Shown: positions 51,490 to 63,130 of the stretch, in pieces
How positions within the stretch are numbered: the stretch's first letter is position 1
Layout of the letters: the number at the start of each line of letters is the position of its first letter
Assembly (NCBI GenBank): GCA_028534125.1
Contig: CM052818.1
Location: forward strand, 3,288,001 to 3,352,000
Reading direction: 5' to 3'
DNA length: 64,000 nt
DNA from: Lama glama
Lineage: Eukaryota
The notes under the pieces: generated by a model
Seen by the model: the letters and a program-made list of their open reading frames with translations, nothing else
Databases searched by the model: none
Told to the model about the DNA's origin: nothing
Translations under genes and position numbers: made by a program

Positions 51490-54400
51490 TTTCTTTCATA
51501 ATGAAATAATTTATTTTTTGTTAACGGTGGAACAATACAGAAGTTTACATATACACAGCAAAGGTTCTCTAAAACATGGAGTAGTTCTAAAAATGCATGT
51601 ACTAACTGTAGTAAAAAGCACCATTGTCTATGTCTTGACACAGGATTTACATTGGCGGCGTATTTACATAATGAAATGAACATCTGGAAACAGAATTTCA
51701 TGCTCTCTCGTCTGCTGCTCCCCTGTTTAGACTGTGTTTAGCATCAGAAGAGGGCCTCCAGCACTAACGGTTAACAGCATCGTTCCCAGAGCACCAATCC
51801 CAGACACAAGGGCCAAGGCAAGCCTGGGTCTCTGGTCAAAGCTGACGTGAAGATGCCCTCTCAACCTCCATACCCCGCTCCCGACAGCGTGAGAAATCAA
51901 ACTTTGAAATCTGGAGAAAACTTAGAATTCCATGCTTCCCTAAGTCTTGCTTTATGATTTTGGTGAGAAGACAAAAGAGATTCAATTTCTTCAGCCATTC
52001 AGTAGCTGATGTTAGCAGGGCCAGGCAATTATTTCTTCTTTCAGAAGAAGACAGGGTAAGAACATCATCCATGTAATAAGTATTAATGAAAAAAAATCAT
52101 GATAAATTGCATATCCCCAACCCCAGGCCCACGGATCTTTGCAAACAAAACCACCCACAGTCTACAGAGATCTGACCACGGAGGATGAGAAAAAAGGGCC
52201 TTTGGGTCATCTGCTCCCGGGAAGGGTTTTTAAAGTCAGGAGTAGCCAGCTACCTAAGCATACTGCATCCAAGAGTGAGACATAGAAAAAGACCAGATTC
52301 ACATGCAGGGGCCTGCCTTGCAGCCTCTGACTTCCTGGTGTTCAGCACACAGGGCAGGTCAAGGGGGAAGACAAAGAAACTTGGGGAAAGAAGAAAGGAG
52401 TGAGATTCGGGGGAATAAACAGGTTACAAAGCACAAGGAAAGTGGTATTCTTGCCAATACAGTACTGTATAAAAACCTAAATCATGTGTTACGTGTACAC
52501 TTTTCAAAAATAAGTTTTCTCTTTAAAGGTTGGGGAGAGGCAAGAAGAAAGCCCACAAAATCCATTACTGAGCCCCAAAATATTGCAAGACAGTCATTTT
52601 GAGCATCACAGCCCTACCTAGTTTACGCTTTTACCCCCCACGCCCCAGGATTTGCTTTTGGCCACTTCAGGGACGGAGAAGAGAGGCCCATCGGAAACCC
52701 AGGTAAGGACCCTTTGTTTCTTTTGAAAAAAGTAGAGGTTACAGGAAAATGCCCACCTTTAAAAAAACAAAACAAAACAACCACCCAAAACCGCTCAAGT
52801 GGCCGATTGCAGGGTCAGGGCCTACTTAGTGCTCGGTCCTGAATCGGCACTGAAATGATTTTCGTTTTGGGTTGACAGGGAGGAAAATCTAGGTCCTGCT
52901 CTTTGAGTCACTAGCATTAGATCTGTGACTAGAGAAAGGAGCAGCAGTCACTACGAGCACCTTGAAGCCCAGAGCTCTGCTTAGCGAAAGGAAACAAATG
53001 CCCTGGGTGCCCGCCTGCCATCCTGAGCCAACAGGCCTGGAGGCCAGGCTTCGTGGGATGTTAACAGAAGCACACATATGTATTTTCTCACTGCATGAAA
53101 TTAAATGGGACTACGTACCCTTATCTTCCCATCTGCATTGCAGTGGTATCAATAAGAGTGTAGTTTAGATTCCTTTTTAGTTTTTTAAAACGAGTTTTCA
53201 CATAAAAATATGCATGTGCCTATATTTACACACATCTATATTTACGTACAAGAGTTCAAAGTCTTAAAGGCTGGGGTTTATATCTTTGCCCGTCCCCTCC
53301 CCACAACAACCCTAAAGGAAAGCTTTTCCATTTTGCTTAAAAAAGGAAAAAAACAAACAGAATCAAAACCACTGTATAGCTCTTAACAGTCATGCTGGTG
53401 GATCAGTGAATGAGAGGACAGGTTGGCCATCAGGGCTGCTGATCAGCCACGTGGGGAAGGGGGTTAGCTGCCTTGGGCTGAGTTTGCTGGTCCTGAAGGT
53501 TACAGTTTTGGTTAGAGAGAGGCCCGTCTGGCACGCCGACTCGGTCTACCTCGAGCTCTGAAAGGCATGTCTAACCCTGGTGTCAGTTTATCACAAGTGC
53601 ATTAAAAATATAGAGATCTATCAAGTTCCACATTTATATGCAATCAAATTGAAAAGGACCAGACAAACAGTGCAAAGGTCAAATAATTACTATTTTATAT
53701 TGGGACAGTACATTTCATATTTCAACCAAAAGACAAAAATGCAGTTTAACTGAAAGGCACAACAATTAAAACACAGAAAATGATGGCATCTCGCAGATGC
53801 CTTATTTCTAAATTAAACAAACAGATACACAAGTTTTGTTCCCTTCCCTCCCCCAGTGCAAGCCCACAAGCTTTGTCCAAAGTCTGGAGTTTTCGATGCC
53901 AAACAGCATCCAGCATCGTGGACTTGTGAGGCGCTTGAACGTAGCGATTAAACAAAATGCTTGAGGTCCAGCGAATGGCATTCAAAAGGGACCTCAAAGT
54001 GCAGATATATCTTTTTCAAACATGTTACAGGCTGAGCTGGCTCTTTTGAAGACTATCAATCACTCTGCTTAAATTCAGGAAGCAGGCTTTAAAAATGCAA
54101 AAGGCATACAAGTTGTATTTCAGTGCAAATCTTCAGCTGGTAATTGGAAAAGATTCCAACGATTTAAAAAAAAAAACCAAAAAACCTCCTTTGTGTCACC
54201 TGCCCCTCCCCCTCCCCAAAGCGGCAAAGAAGAGAAAAACCAGAGCAGAACAAAACCAGAAGAATGACAGATGACTTTGGAATCATTTAGGAACCTGCGA
54301 CTTCCAATCAAAAAGATTTTGTTTCAATACGGCAAAGAATCGTTAAAAAGCAAAACCAAACACAGAAGTAACCTTGCTTTGTTTAGACTCTCTTGGGGTC

Positions 54401-56058
54401 TAGAACGAGCTTCCGCGTGCAGTGCCTTTGAACTGTGAGTCGCGGGGAAGGAGGCGGCGCTGAGGAGTGGGAGGCTGGGCGGGCTGGGGGCCACGGGCCC
54501 GGGGAGCCCGCTGGCCACCCCGCCACTGCTTCAGCCGTTGAGCCCTTAAGGTTGCAGTGCGTCTGTGGAGTCTAGGAATGTCATCACCTTGTGACACACT
54601 CTGTTTCAGCGTCACAGATTTTACAAATGGTTCAAATTCAATGAAAAAGATTCGCCAGAGGCTGAAAACATCGAGACCTCAAAAATATGAATGCTAAAAT
54701 ATTAAGGGGCGTGAACCAATTTTGGAGCTACCTACATACAAAGTTTCTAGAACATCTATAAAAGCACAAAGTCATAAGAATTTCTTTCCCATTACATTAG
54801 TTTTATATAAAATGAATAAATAGTATTTATAGATTTACTGTGTCTTATGTACATACACATGTGCTCTGTTTTAGCTTAAATAAAAATGCTACAAACTGGG
54901 GGTCCACTTGAGGGAGAAACCATAACCAAAAAGGAAAATCGGCCTTTTAAACTATCTACCCAAAAGCCTCCATAAAGAAGTTTCTGGGTGTATCCAAAAA
55001 TAACTGAGAAGGAGAGGAATTCTAGGAATGGTACCATCCCCTCCTGTTCACCTGCAACAGGGCGTAGAAATGTGGATTTTTCCTTTCATTGATGATGGAC
55101 ACTAGCTCAGCTAGTCCCAAAGCTCAGTTATTGCTGAAAGTTAAATAGGAAAATAGATTAGAATTGGACCAAATGTCGCTTATTTGGGAGAAAAAAAAAA
55201 AAACCAAACCAGAGCATAATCACTTTGCGTTAAGTGGGAAATGGAGATCTCGTTTATCTCTGAGGTAGGAAAAAAAAATATTCCAGAGATGAGTAGCATG
55301 ACCAACTTTGAGGGGAACGTGGCTCGAGAGCGGTACCCGGCACGGTCCCCGGGACGGCGCACAAAAACAGATTGTACCGTTGTGTCTGTGCGAACAGACA
55401 ATGCTGGACCTTTCACGGGCTGGGCCACCCCAAAGATGCGCTCGCCAGGTGTTCAGCTGAGAGTCACAAGTACTGCTTCGTCCGCACGCGGGTCGGGGGC
55501 GTGAGCGCGGGCTGTGTGTGCAGGGAGGGTGCTGGAGGCATCCCTGACTCCTCCCTGGGGGTGCGGGCCAGGCCTAAGTGCTCTTAAATGCCACTTTCAA
55601 AGCTTACTTTGGAGTTCTGAGTTCAGGATCTCAACTTGAAAAGTTTGTTTCCTTCAGTTTCCTAAGCACGAGACACGTTCGGACATTTCTGCTGGGCAAG
55701 GAACGTAGGAAGCCAGCAAACTGGAAGAAAGGACTGGGAGACACTAGGGAGGGGACAGTACACACGAGGGGGAGATGGCCGAGATGTGAGAGTTGCTTTT
55801 TCGGTCTAAGAATTTTTGGGTGCTTCGAATTGATTGGAATGTACGGTCTCTCAGAGACGAGTTTGTACAGAGAGAGAGAGAGAAGCTAGAGGATGCACTC
55901 AGAAACCTACGATCCTAAGTGCTCCCCTGAACACTTGTACAAAGCTGACACTGGCGCAGGTGGGACATGGAAGGTGACGTGCAAGGGGGCTGTGGGCAGG
56001 TCCGATACGCTACCTAATCAGAGCCGTCCGGGAGGCAGCCGAGCGCCCTCTCTCTCTC
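51490..56058 (-). other. MXD1: MXD1 long 3'UTR (~4.5 kb)
   Basis: Apparently repeat-free stretch, U-rich on the minus strand, from the stop codon to AATAAA at 51515-51510. Length agrees with the long MXD1 3'UTR of other mammals as recalled. Confidence 0.75.
51510..51515 (-). terminator. MXD1: MXD1 distal polyadenylation signal AATAAA
   Basis: tttatt on + strand; downstream on the minus strand is GU/U-rich (ggtcttcctgatgttttgt). Confidence 0.7.
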
Positions 56059-56246
56059 TCAGAGCCCGACACGCGGCTTGTGACTGTCCTGGAGCTTTAT
56101 TCTCTTGATGCCGGAGCTGGAGTAGCCCTCGTCGCTGCCCAGGCTCTGCGTGCTGCCCCGCTCATCCGAGTCGCTCACGCTGCTGCTGCCCCAGTCCAGG
56201 TCGCCCGTGAGACAGTCCGTGCTTTCCACGTCCACGTCGATCTCTT
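56059..56246 (-). CDS. MXD1: MXD1 terminal coding exon (acidic C-terminus; exon 6), stop TGA 56061-56059
   Basis: ccccccag|AA GAG ATC GAC; (E)[61 protein letters not shown]. Confidence 0.96.
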
Positions 56247-56358
56247 CTGGGGGGACAAGACAGGGGGGCTGGGGTGAGGGCGGGTGGGGGGAACTCGGGC
56301 CGGGGAGCCAGGCGGCCGGGCCGGGCCGGCGGGAAGGGGAAGCGGGCGGGGGGCTCAC

Positions 56359-56518
56359 CCCTGTCGGAGTCCGAGCGCTCGGAGGACACGGCGGAGCCGG
56401 TGCTGTCCATCCGCATCCTCTCGGTACCCAGTTTCTCCAGCTGCCTCTTCAGGTGCCGCTGCTCTCGCTGCAGCTGGTCTATTTGGTGAATGGCTTTTCT
56501 GTCACAATCTTCAAGTTT
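56359..56518 (-). CDS. MXD1: MXD1 coding exon (leucine zipper and RxRxxS phosphosite; exon 5), 160 nt
   Basis: gacccgcag|AAA CTT GAA...GAC AGG G|gtgagc; [53 protein letters not shown]; splice phases match the neighbouring exons. Confidence 0.96.
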
Positions 56519-57239
56519 CTGCGGGTCAAAGGGGCAGGTGTTGGTGCTCACAGGTGGGTTTCCGTTTTGGTAACGACCCTGCCTCTCCCTGCCCGGCCGC
56601 GAGAGGTGCCGGTGGCCCTCAGGAGCCACTGGCCGTGTCGCAGGGATGGGAAGCCGACAGGCCGGCGCCTCCTGACCTCATCTAACTTCTCCGGTGTCCA
56701 CAGCGCTGGGATCCCGGCACCCTCGACGGTGAGGCTGACAAGACCGGCCCGGTCCCCTTGTCTGTGATGATGCCCTGAACACCCAGGCTCTGAGCTACAG
56801 CCCTACACGTGACGGGAGCTCAGGAAACACGCTTCCATTTCAAAGTATGCCTATTCCGCACGCGTCCCAGTGACACAGGCGCTTCTCTGTGGCATATGCC
56901 AGATCGCAGTTCACTTAGGGAAATAATAGTCCCTTTTGAAGTCCTGATTCCAAACTGTCCAACCTAGGAGCTTAGAGAACACATCTCCTTGGATTTTTTT
57001 TAACAGATCTCTATCTTCTCCGATTATGAAGATTGTCTAATTGTGGTGGTTTTGTTCTAATCAGGGGTTCTTTTCCCCCAGAACGCCCGTGTATGTAGGC
57101 TACTAATCATAATCCAAGTGACATTTGTCAGGTCAGGACTCTGACTATAAAAACAGACTAAACAGTGATTGTGGCTCTGGCTCTCAGGGGCTATTCAAGC
57201 CACATACCGAGTGCTGACTCGGTTTCTGACCCTCCGAGA

Positions 57240-58050
57240 GGTGCTGGGAATACAAAGTGAACACAAAGACCAGGTCGCCTCCCTTGTAGAGTCTATATTC
57301 TAACAGAGGATGGAGGCAACCAAACAGTCACACAAACCAGTCAGACGTCAATTGTGACATGTGTTGAGAGAGAAAGATGCCCAATAATAATAACTCTCTG
57401 TTGCAGGAAGGAGGCTTCCCTGCACTGCTGAACCTGTGCTGAGTTCTGAAGCATGACAAGAAATTAACTGGGTGAAGAAAGGAAGGGAAAGCATACCAGG
57501 CAGTGGGAACAGCACGTGCAAAGGCCCTGTGGTGAGAGAACTTGACAAGTGCCAGGGACAGAAAGAAGGGCTGGAGCAGGAAGGGGAGCGTCTGGCACCA
57601 GCCGCTGCTGCACGCACAGGGGAGGGCCGGGTGAGGCAGGCCTGGTGACACAGTGTGTCCTGAGCCACAGAAGAATTTTAAACATGGTGGCATGCTGATT
57701 TGAGCTCTCGCAGGACTGCTCTTGGGAAGCATGGAGATGAGCTTTGAGGGGGCCCCTCAGGAGTTTACTGTGGAGATGATGGAGTTTATGGAAATAGAGC
57801 AGACTGTGAAACATGGAAGTCCTGGATGTCGACATATGACTAAGGAGCAAGATGATGACAAGATCAAGGATGAGCCTAGGTGTCTGGCTTGAACCAGCAG
57901 GTGGACAGTTGGATGGACAATTTAACTTCCGGTGCACAGTGGGGAGAACTACTCCATTGGGTTCTGGACGTGCTGAGTCTGGGATTCATCCAAGAGGCAG
58001 GATGGAGGCGCTCAGAGGAGAGGACTGCCTTGGAGATTCACATTTGATGT
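57240..58050 (+). mobile_element. L2 fragment in MXD1 intron 4
   Basis: ggtgctgggaatacaaagtgaacacaaagac...aagcataccaggcagtgggaacagcacgtgcaaaggccctgtgg. Confidence 0.6.
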
Positions 58051-58114
58051 CCCTCATAACAGCAAACGTTCACTGGGCAGGTCAAGATAAAAAGGCATCA
58101 CAGGAGGCACTTAC

Positions 58115-58229
58115 CTTTATGTGCAATTTGGCTTTTGTTAATAAGCTCAACGTAGTGTGTCTGTTTGATTCCGGACCGAGTGGCACCAGCCCCTTCAACT
58201 TCTCCAGGCACAAGCGAAGGTGGGCCCGT
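58115..58229 (-). CDS. MXD1: MXD1 coding exon (HLH region; exon 4 by human numbering), 115 nt
   Basis: ttttcacag|A CGG GCC CAC...ATA AAG|gtaagt; translates (R)[38 protein letters not shown]. Missed by the ORF track. Confidence 0.96.
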
Positions 58230-58599
58230 CTGTGAAAACAAGATCACAGTAGCATTTGAGACTTAACTAGCCGGTCAGAAGGCACCCGGGAGAACAAGTT
58301 CTCAGAGAGTCCCAAGTTACTCAGGCCCAGTGATAGCAAATGTCAGTGATGACTTCTGGCCAAATGAACATCTTTTGAAATTAGACAGCTCTAGCAAAAA
58401 CCAAGGAAAAGCAAAACCCAAGGTTTTCTAAAGTTAAGTCTGTAATACAGGTGGAAGGGTAGAGACTAATGTCCACTATTATTAAGCACATGTATCAGGT
58501 TATTTCAAGGTTTCTGGGATATGATGTGAACCTCAGAACACCCAAGTTCAGAAAGTAATGCCATGCCAATGAGAGAATCCTTTGAACTGATGCTTCTCT

Positions 58600-59100
58600 T
58601 TCCCACTTCAGGACCACGAAATCACTACAACTGCACCTGCCAAAAATGATATTTACACACGTGAATGACAGATGTGCAGGGTTATTTGTTACAACTTGAT
58701 CTATAATAGCACAGACTTGAAACAACCCAACTCATCACCAATAGGGAACTGATCAAATAAACTATGGTGCATCCAAACAGTGGAGAACCATGCAGCTATG
58801 GAAACAGACTGGAAACGTGCTCTACGTTCTACAAGGAAACAGCACTAGGATACAGCGCTAAGTGAAGAAAAGCAAGATATCGAGCCATGCAAATAACATG
58901 CTATCTTTGGGTGAAAATAGGGGAGAAATAATTATCTATATTCATGTTTTCTTGTATGACAAAGTCTAGAATGACACAGAAGGAACTACTAACAGTGCCT
59001 AGGCGCAGACGGGTCGGGGGGGGGTAGTTTTACTGAATAATTTGCTATACTTTTTGGTTTTGCAACCATTCAAAAAGTTAAATTTTTAAAAATAAGGGAA
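58600..59100 (+). mobile_element. Ancient L1 fragment in MXD1 intron
   Basis: ttgaaacaacccaactcatcaccaatagggaactgatcaaataaactatggtgcatcc. Confidence 0.6.
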
Positions 59101-62100
59101 AAGCATGTCAGTGGTACTGCTATGCTAACAAGCATGCTGACAGCTGGAGGTGACCACACGCAGGTCCTGGAACGCGACAGAATGGCGCAGGGGGACAAAG
59201 CGGGAGAAAGGCCATGTGGAGCACAAGACGCAGAGACCCGCTGAAGAGAGGGTGTTCGGTACAGACTGACCAGATGCACAGGAGTCCCTAAAACTCTGGA
59301 AATTAATACTTCACTGAAACCTTGGTTTATCCGAGAACCTAGCAGATTCTCCATGAATGTGAGAAAGAGCCAAGATTCAGCGTTTTTGCTTCAGCCCACC
59401 AGCTCCTCAAAGGCCATTCCAGTCCATAGTGATTCCTCCATTGTCTGCGTACTTATTTGTTTATACTGTTCATTGGGAAACTCACTGTTCTGCCTGGAAT
59501 TTTTGATATTTGTTAACCATTCGCTGCCAACCCCCTAGAAAGTGGGGGCGACAACTTACTCGGGTTGTCACAGTGCCTTCCCCTCCCATACGCTTAATGC
59601 ATGTTTGCTGCTTGGATGGTGTCATCTTTTCCTCTAGACTTCAAGCTTCTCGGGGCAGAATCCATCCCTACCACATCTCTGCACCTTCAGCAGCGTGCAG
59701 GGTCCTGGGGTTTTAGACACACATCCACTGCCTTCCCCCAGAGCGACCTGGAGTAGAGCTCCCAGGAGCCTGGGAGGCCACTCTCCAACTGAACTGGGAG
59801 ACAACCGGAAAGCTTAGTTTGCCCATTTTTTTCCCTCTTAAAATTTTTTGTCGTATTAGTAAAAGTTGGGATCAAACGAAGAAAACTGCTTCATAAAGCT
59901 CTAATACAGGTCAATGCGCCTGATGCTGACCAAGGAAGTCAATGCACATCCTTCACATCAAGGATTTGGGATGCTCCCCCAAGGCAGATCTCACAGGTAG
60001 ATCTGAGCCCCCTGCCTCATCTGCTCTGAGCCTCTTTCCTCATCTGGCTTTCGAGGTGGTCCTAGACTCTCCAAGGGCCCTCTAAGCCTTGACAAGCTCA
60101 AGGAGTCCAGCATTCAGTCCCGAGCCAGGAAGATGGAATGGTCCAAACACCTTACTATAAGGCTTCCACGTGCTCTGAAAACCTGCCCACCTGGAATGGC
60201 CACAAACAAAGACTCACATTAGGGGTTTGCGCCTCCCACTATTGCACGAGGGACAAAACCCCAAACAGAATCTGTGTATAAAATGTTTTTGTTCACCTCG
60301 GGTAACATTCAAAAAGAGCCATGAAAACAGATCATGTTATTAGAAACACCATGAGGAAGTATGACTAGTCACTTACACAGCAGTCCAATACTCTCCACAA
60401 AGTTTACAGACCCAATTTTTTTTTCAAGTTCAAAAATTAAAATTAGATTGAGACATTTTTCAGCCTGCTCATTGTTTGCAAAGACTGCATGATTCAGAAC
60501 AGTGTCATACTGGTCCTTTTACGACGTGGGTTTATCTACAGATATGAGTATGTAAATTTTCAAGGGAGTTTGTCTACTGATAAAAATAATAAAGTCATCT
60601 CTCCATGCATCATCATTTCTAGTTACCCAGGGAGTCTAGCCCAGAAAGTACAATTTCCCTACCCAAACGTGCATTTCCAAAGAACATGCCCAGTTGTGAA
60701 ACTCGAAATAAGCCACATGCCTAATTCACGCTTACCATAGTACACGTTCATTCAGTGTTTCCCGGCCTATTTTTTATGAAAATAGGAGCAGAGAGCTTTC
60801 TGGATTTTTGGAGAGATCAAGGCCAACTGGTGTCTGTGGCAGTGCCCTCCTTGGCCTGCTCCAGCCTGACGGTTGCCCTGCCCACCTGCAGACACATCCC
60901 CAGGCCGGTACCTGAGCCAACCCCAGGAGAGGGAAGAGATGTATGAAGCAGGCCCAGTTTCATCACACAGTAGTGAAGTTCAATTCCTGAACCAGACGAG
61001 AAAGGACACAGACCCCTCTGCTCCCACAGAGGGTCCTGAACCCTGAGACACACCCCCACCCTCAGGCCAGGACCTGGAATCCTTCAGCCAGCCCCGGGCA
61101 CCCATGGAGCGCCTAGATCCAAAACTAGTAGACCAAGCTCTTGTCCCAGCCCTCAGCCCTCAGCCCTGACCATTCCCTGGCCCAGGGCTCTGGCCTTCAA
61201 GAAGGGGCCTCCTGTCCCATTGAGACCCAGGTCTAACTCCTCTTTGGGGAACTAGCAGGGGTTTCACTACATATTCTCAACAGGGAGCCCCTCAATACCT
61301 CCATCTGACCCGTGCTTGATCCCCTCTCATCACGTATTCACACAGACCTCCTTCTGTTGTCAAGACGGGCCTCCCAGCTCCCCACCCCCAGCAGAAAAGG
61401 GTAGTGCCAGATCCCGGCTCCCTCCTGCCTCAACTGCCTCCTCTTTTTGCTCCGATCCAGCTGCTTTGTAGGTGATGAGCTCTGACAAACCTCACCTGCT
61501 GACTCTCAGGAATATTGCCCTCCTTATTCTGACTGGGCTGATACACCTCTGGTCTCCAGGAGCACAGGAACCCATCTTTGATCCGAGCTACAGTCAGAGA
61601 TGCTGACTGGGATCTATTCTGATGTTAATCTAACGTGGTCTCTAACTAGTGATAACTAAACTAGATACAAACTAGAACTTCAAACTAGAGCTTCTGTTCA
61701 GTAATTTTTTTTTTAGTATCTCAAGTTTTATTTATTTTTGTTTTTAATTATTTTTACATTCTGACTCTGTCAGACACTATACAACCCAATATGAGTGTAG
61801 TGATTAAGGGTAAAGGTTTGGGATCCTGGCTCTGCCAATTTATTTCCTGTGCAGCCTTGAGTGAATTACTTAACTCCACGTAGCATCAGTTTCCTTGGCA
61901 GCGGAGGGAGGGTGGGGGGGGCAACAATGCCTCCTTGTGAGGACCACTGTGAGCATTAACTGAGACAGGGTGTGGAAGCCCCCGGCCAGGGTCTGACATG
62001 AAGCACTCTGCATATGGTGGTGGTTATTCTTTCAATCCTAGCTTCCTTTGAGGAAGGATAATTGCTGGGAGCAAACACACATAATTATAACCCTAACATA

Positions 62101-62499
62101 TTCCTTTCAAAATCAATAGGGAACTCAAGAGTGTCTCACTAGGCAAATAGAGACTGGCTGTAAAATCCAATTCACTAAATGCTTCTTTAAGGAAAATGGA
62201 CATCTCTTGTCATTAAAAGATTCAATGGAAAATCTCACCCAGTTTCTATGGAAATGCAGATCTCACTTATGCTAAAGGTACTATTTTTTTTTAAACATTT
62301 AAAACTTTAGCAAGGATTTCACAAAGCTAATGCTTCCAAAGGGGAGATTCCTTGGTGGCCACCTACATCACGTAGAGGCAGGGCTAGGAGGGACGCCAAG
62401 GTCGGGACGGAAGGATCCGAAGCACCCCGGGACCTCCGCCTGTTATCTCCAGTGCAACAGCCAAAGGCAAATAAAAGTCAGGGCAATAAGTATCGACCT

Positions 62500-63130
62500 T
62501 GGAAATCCAAGCACGTCTCTGGATGTGTTATCCATATCCAGAGAACCTAAAGTATCTCCTACAACAGCAGGAAGAAGGGACAGCATATCTAACAACAAAC
62601 TTAAAACCGTTTGGGAAGCATCTCTGGGAAGAAAACTATAAAAACTGTGCTGACATGAGAAAATCTGAACAAACGGGAAAAACAGCACATTCCTAGATAT
62701 GAACCTTCGAAGCAAAAATGCCAATGTGACCCAAGTCTGTCTACAAATTTAACATAATTCTTGGAGGGGGGTGGGATCTCAGCAGTGTTCTTTTTAATGC
62801 TGGGAAATTAGTCTAAAACTTCACCTAGGAGAATAAATGTGTGAGACCGCTGAAATGTTTGAAAAAGGAAAAGAATGAAGAGGAACGTGCTATACCACTT
62901 ATTCAATTGTATTTTAAATCTTCCATGATTAAAAGCAGAATATACTGATACAGGAAGAGACAGACAAGTTCAAGTGCAGAAAAGAAGAAAAAAATTCCCA
63001 GGAAGAGACTTAAGAAGAGAGATACGACTGCAAGTCCTTGGAGCAAGAACGCATTATTCAGAAAATAGCAGAGGAGGGGGGAGGTTAACATCAGAATAGA
63101 TTCCAAATACACTGAAGATCTGAATATAAA
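62500..63130 (+). mobile_element. Ancient L1 ORF2 fragment in MXD1 intron
   Basis: ctacaaatttaacataattc; ctaaaacttcacctaggagaata; aatagattccaaatacactgaagatctgaatataaa. Confidence 0.55.

Larger units (their letters stand above)
55300..56900. promoter_or_regulatory. Intragenic CpG-island-like GC-rich segment over MXD1 exons 5-6 and proximal 3'UTR
   Basis: Visibly dense CG dinucleotides (e.g. ggcggccgggccgggccggcggg, tccgcacgcgggtcgggggcgtgagcgcggg) against a CpG-depleted background; density not computed. Confidence 0.6.

Noticed and set aside
56150..56767. 205-aa and 133-aa + strand ORFs antisense to MXD1 exons 5-6
   Set aside because: Stop-poor GC-rich DNA giving low-complexity Gly/Pro/Arg products.
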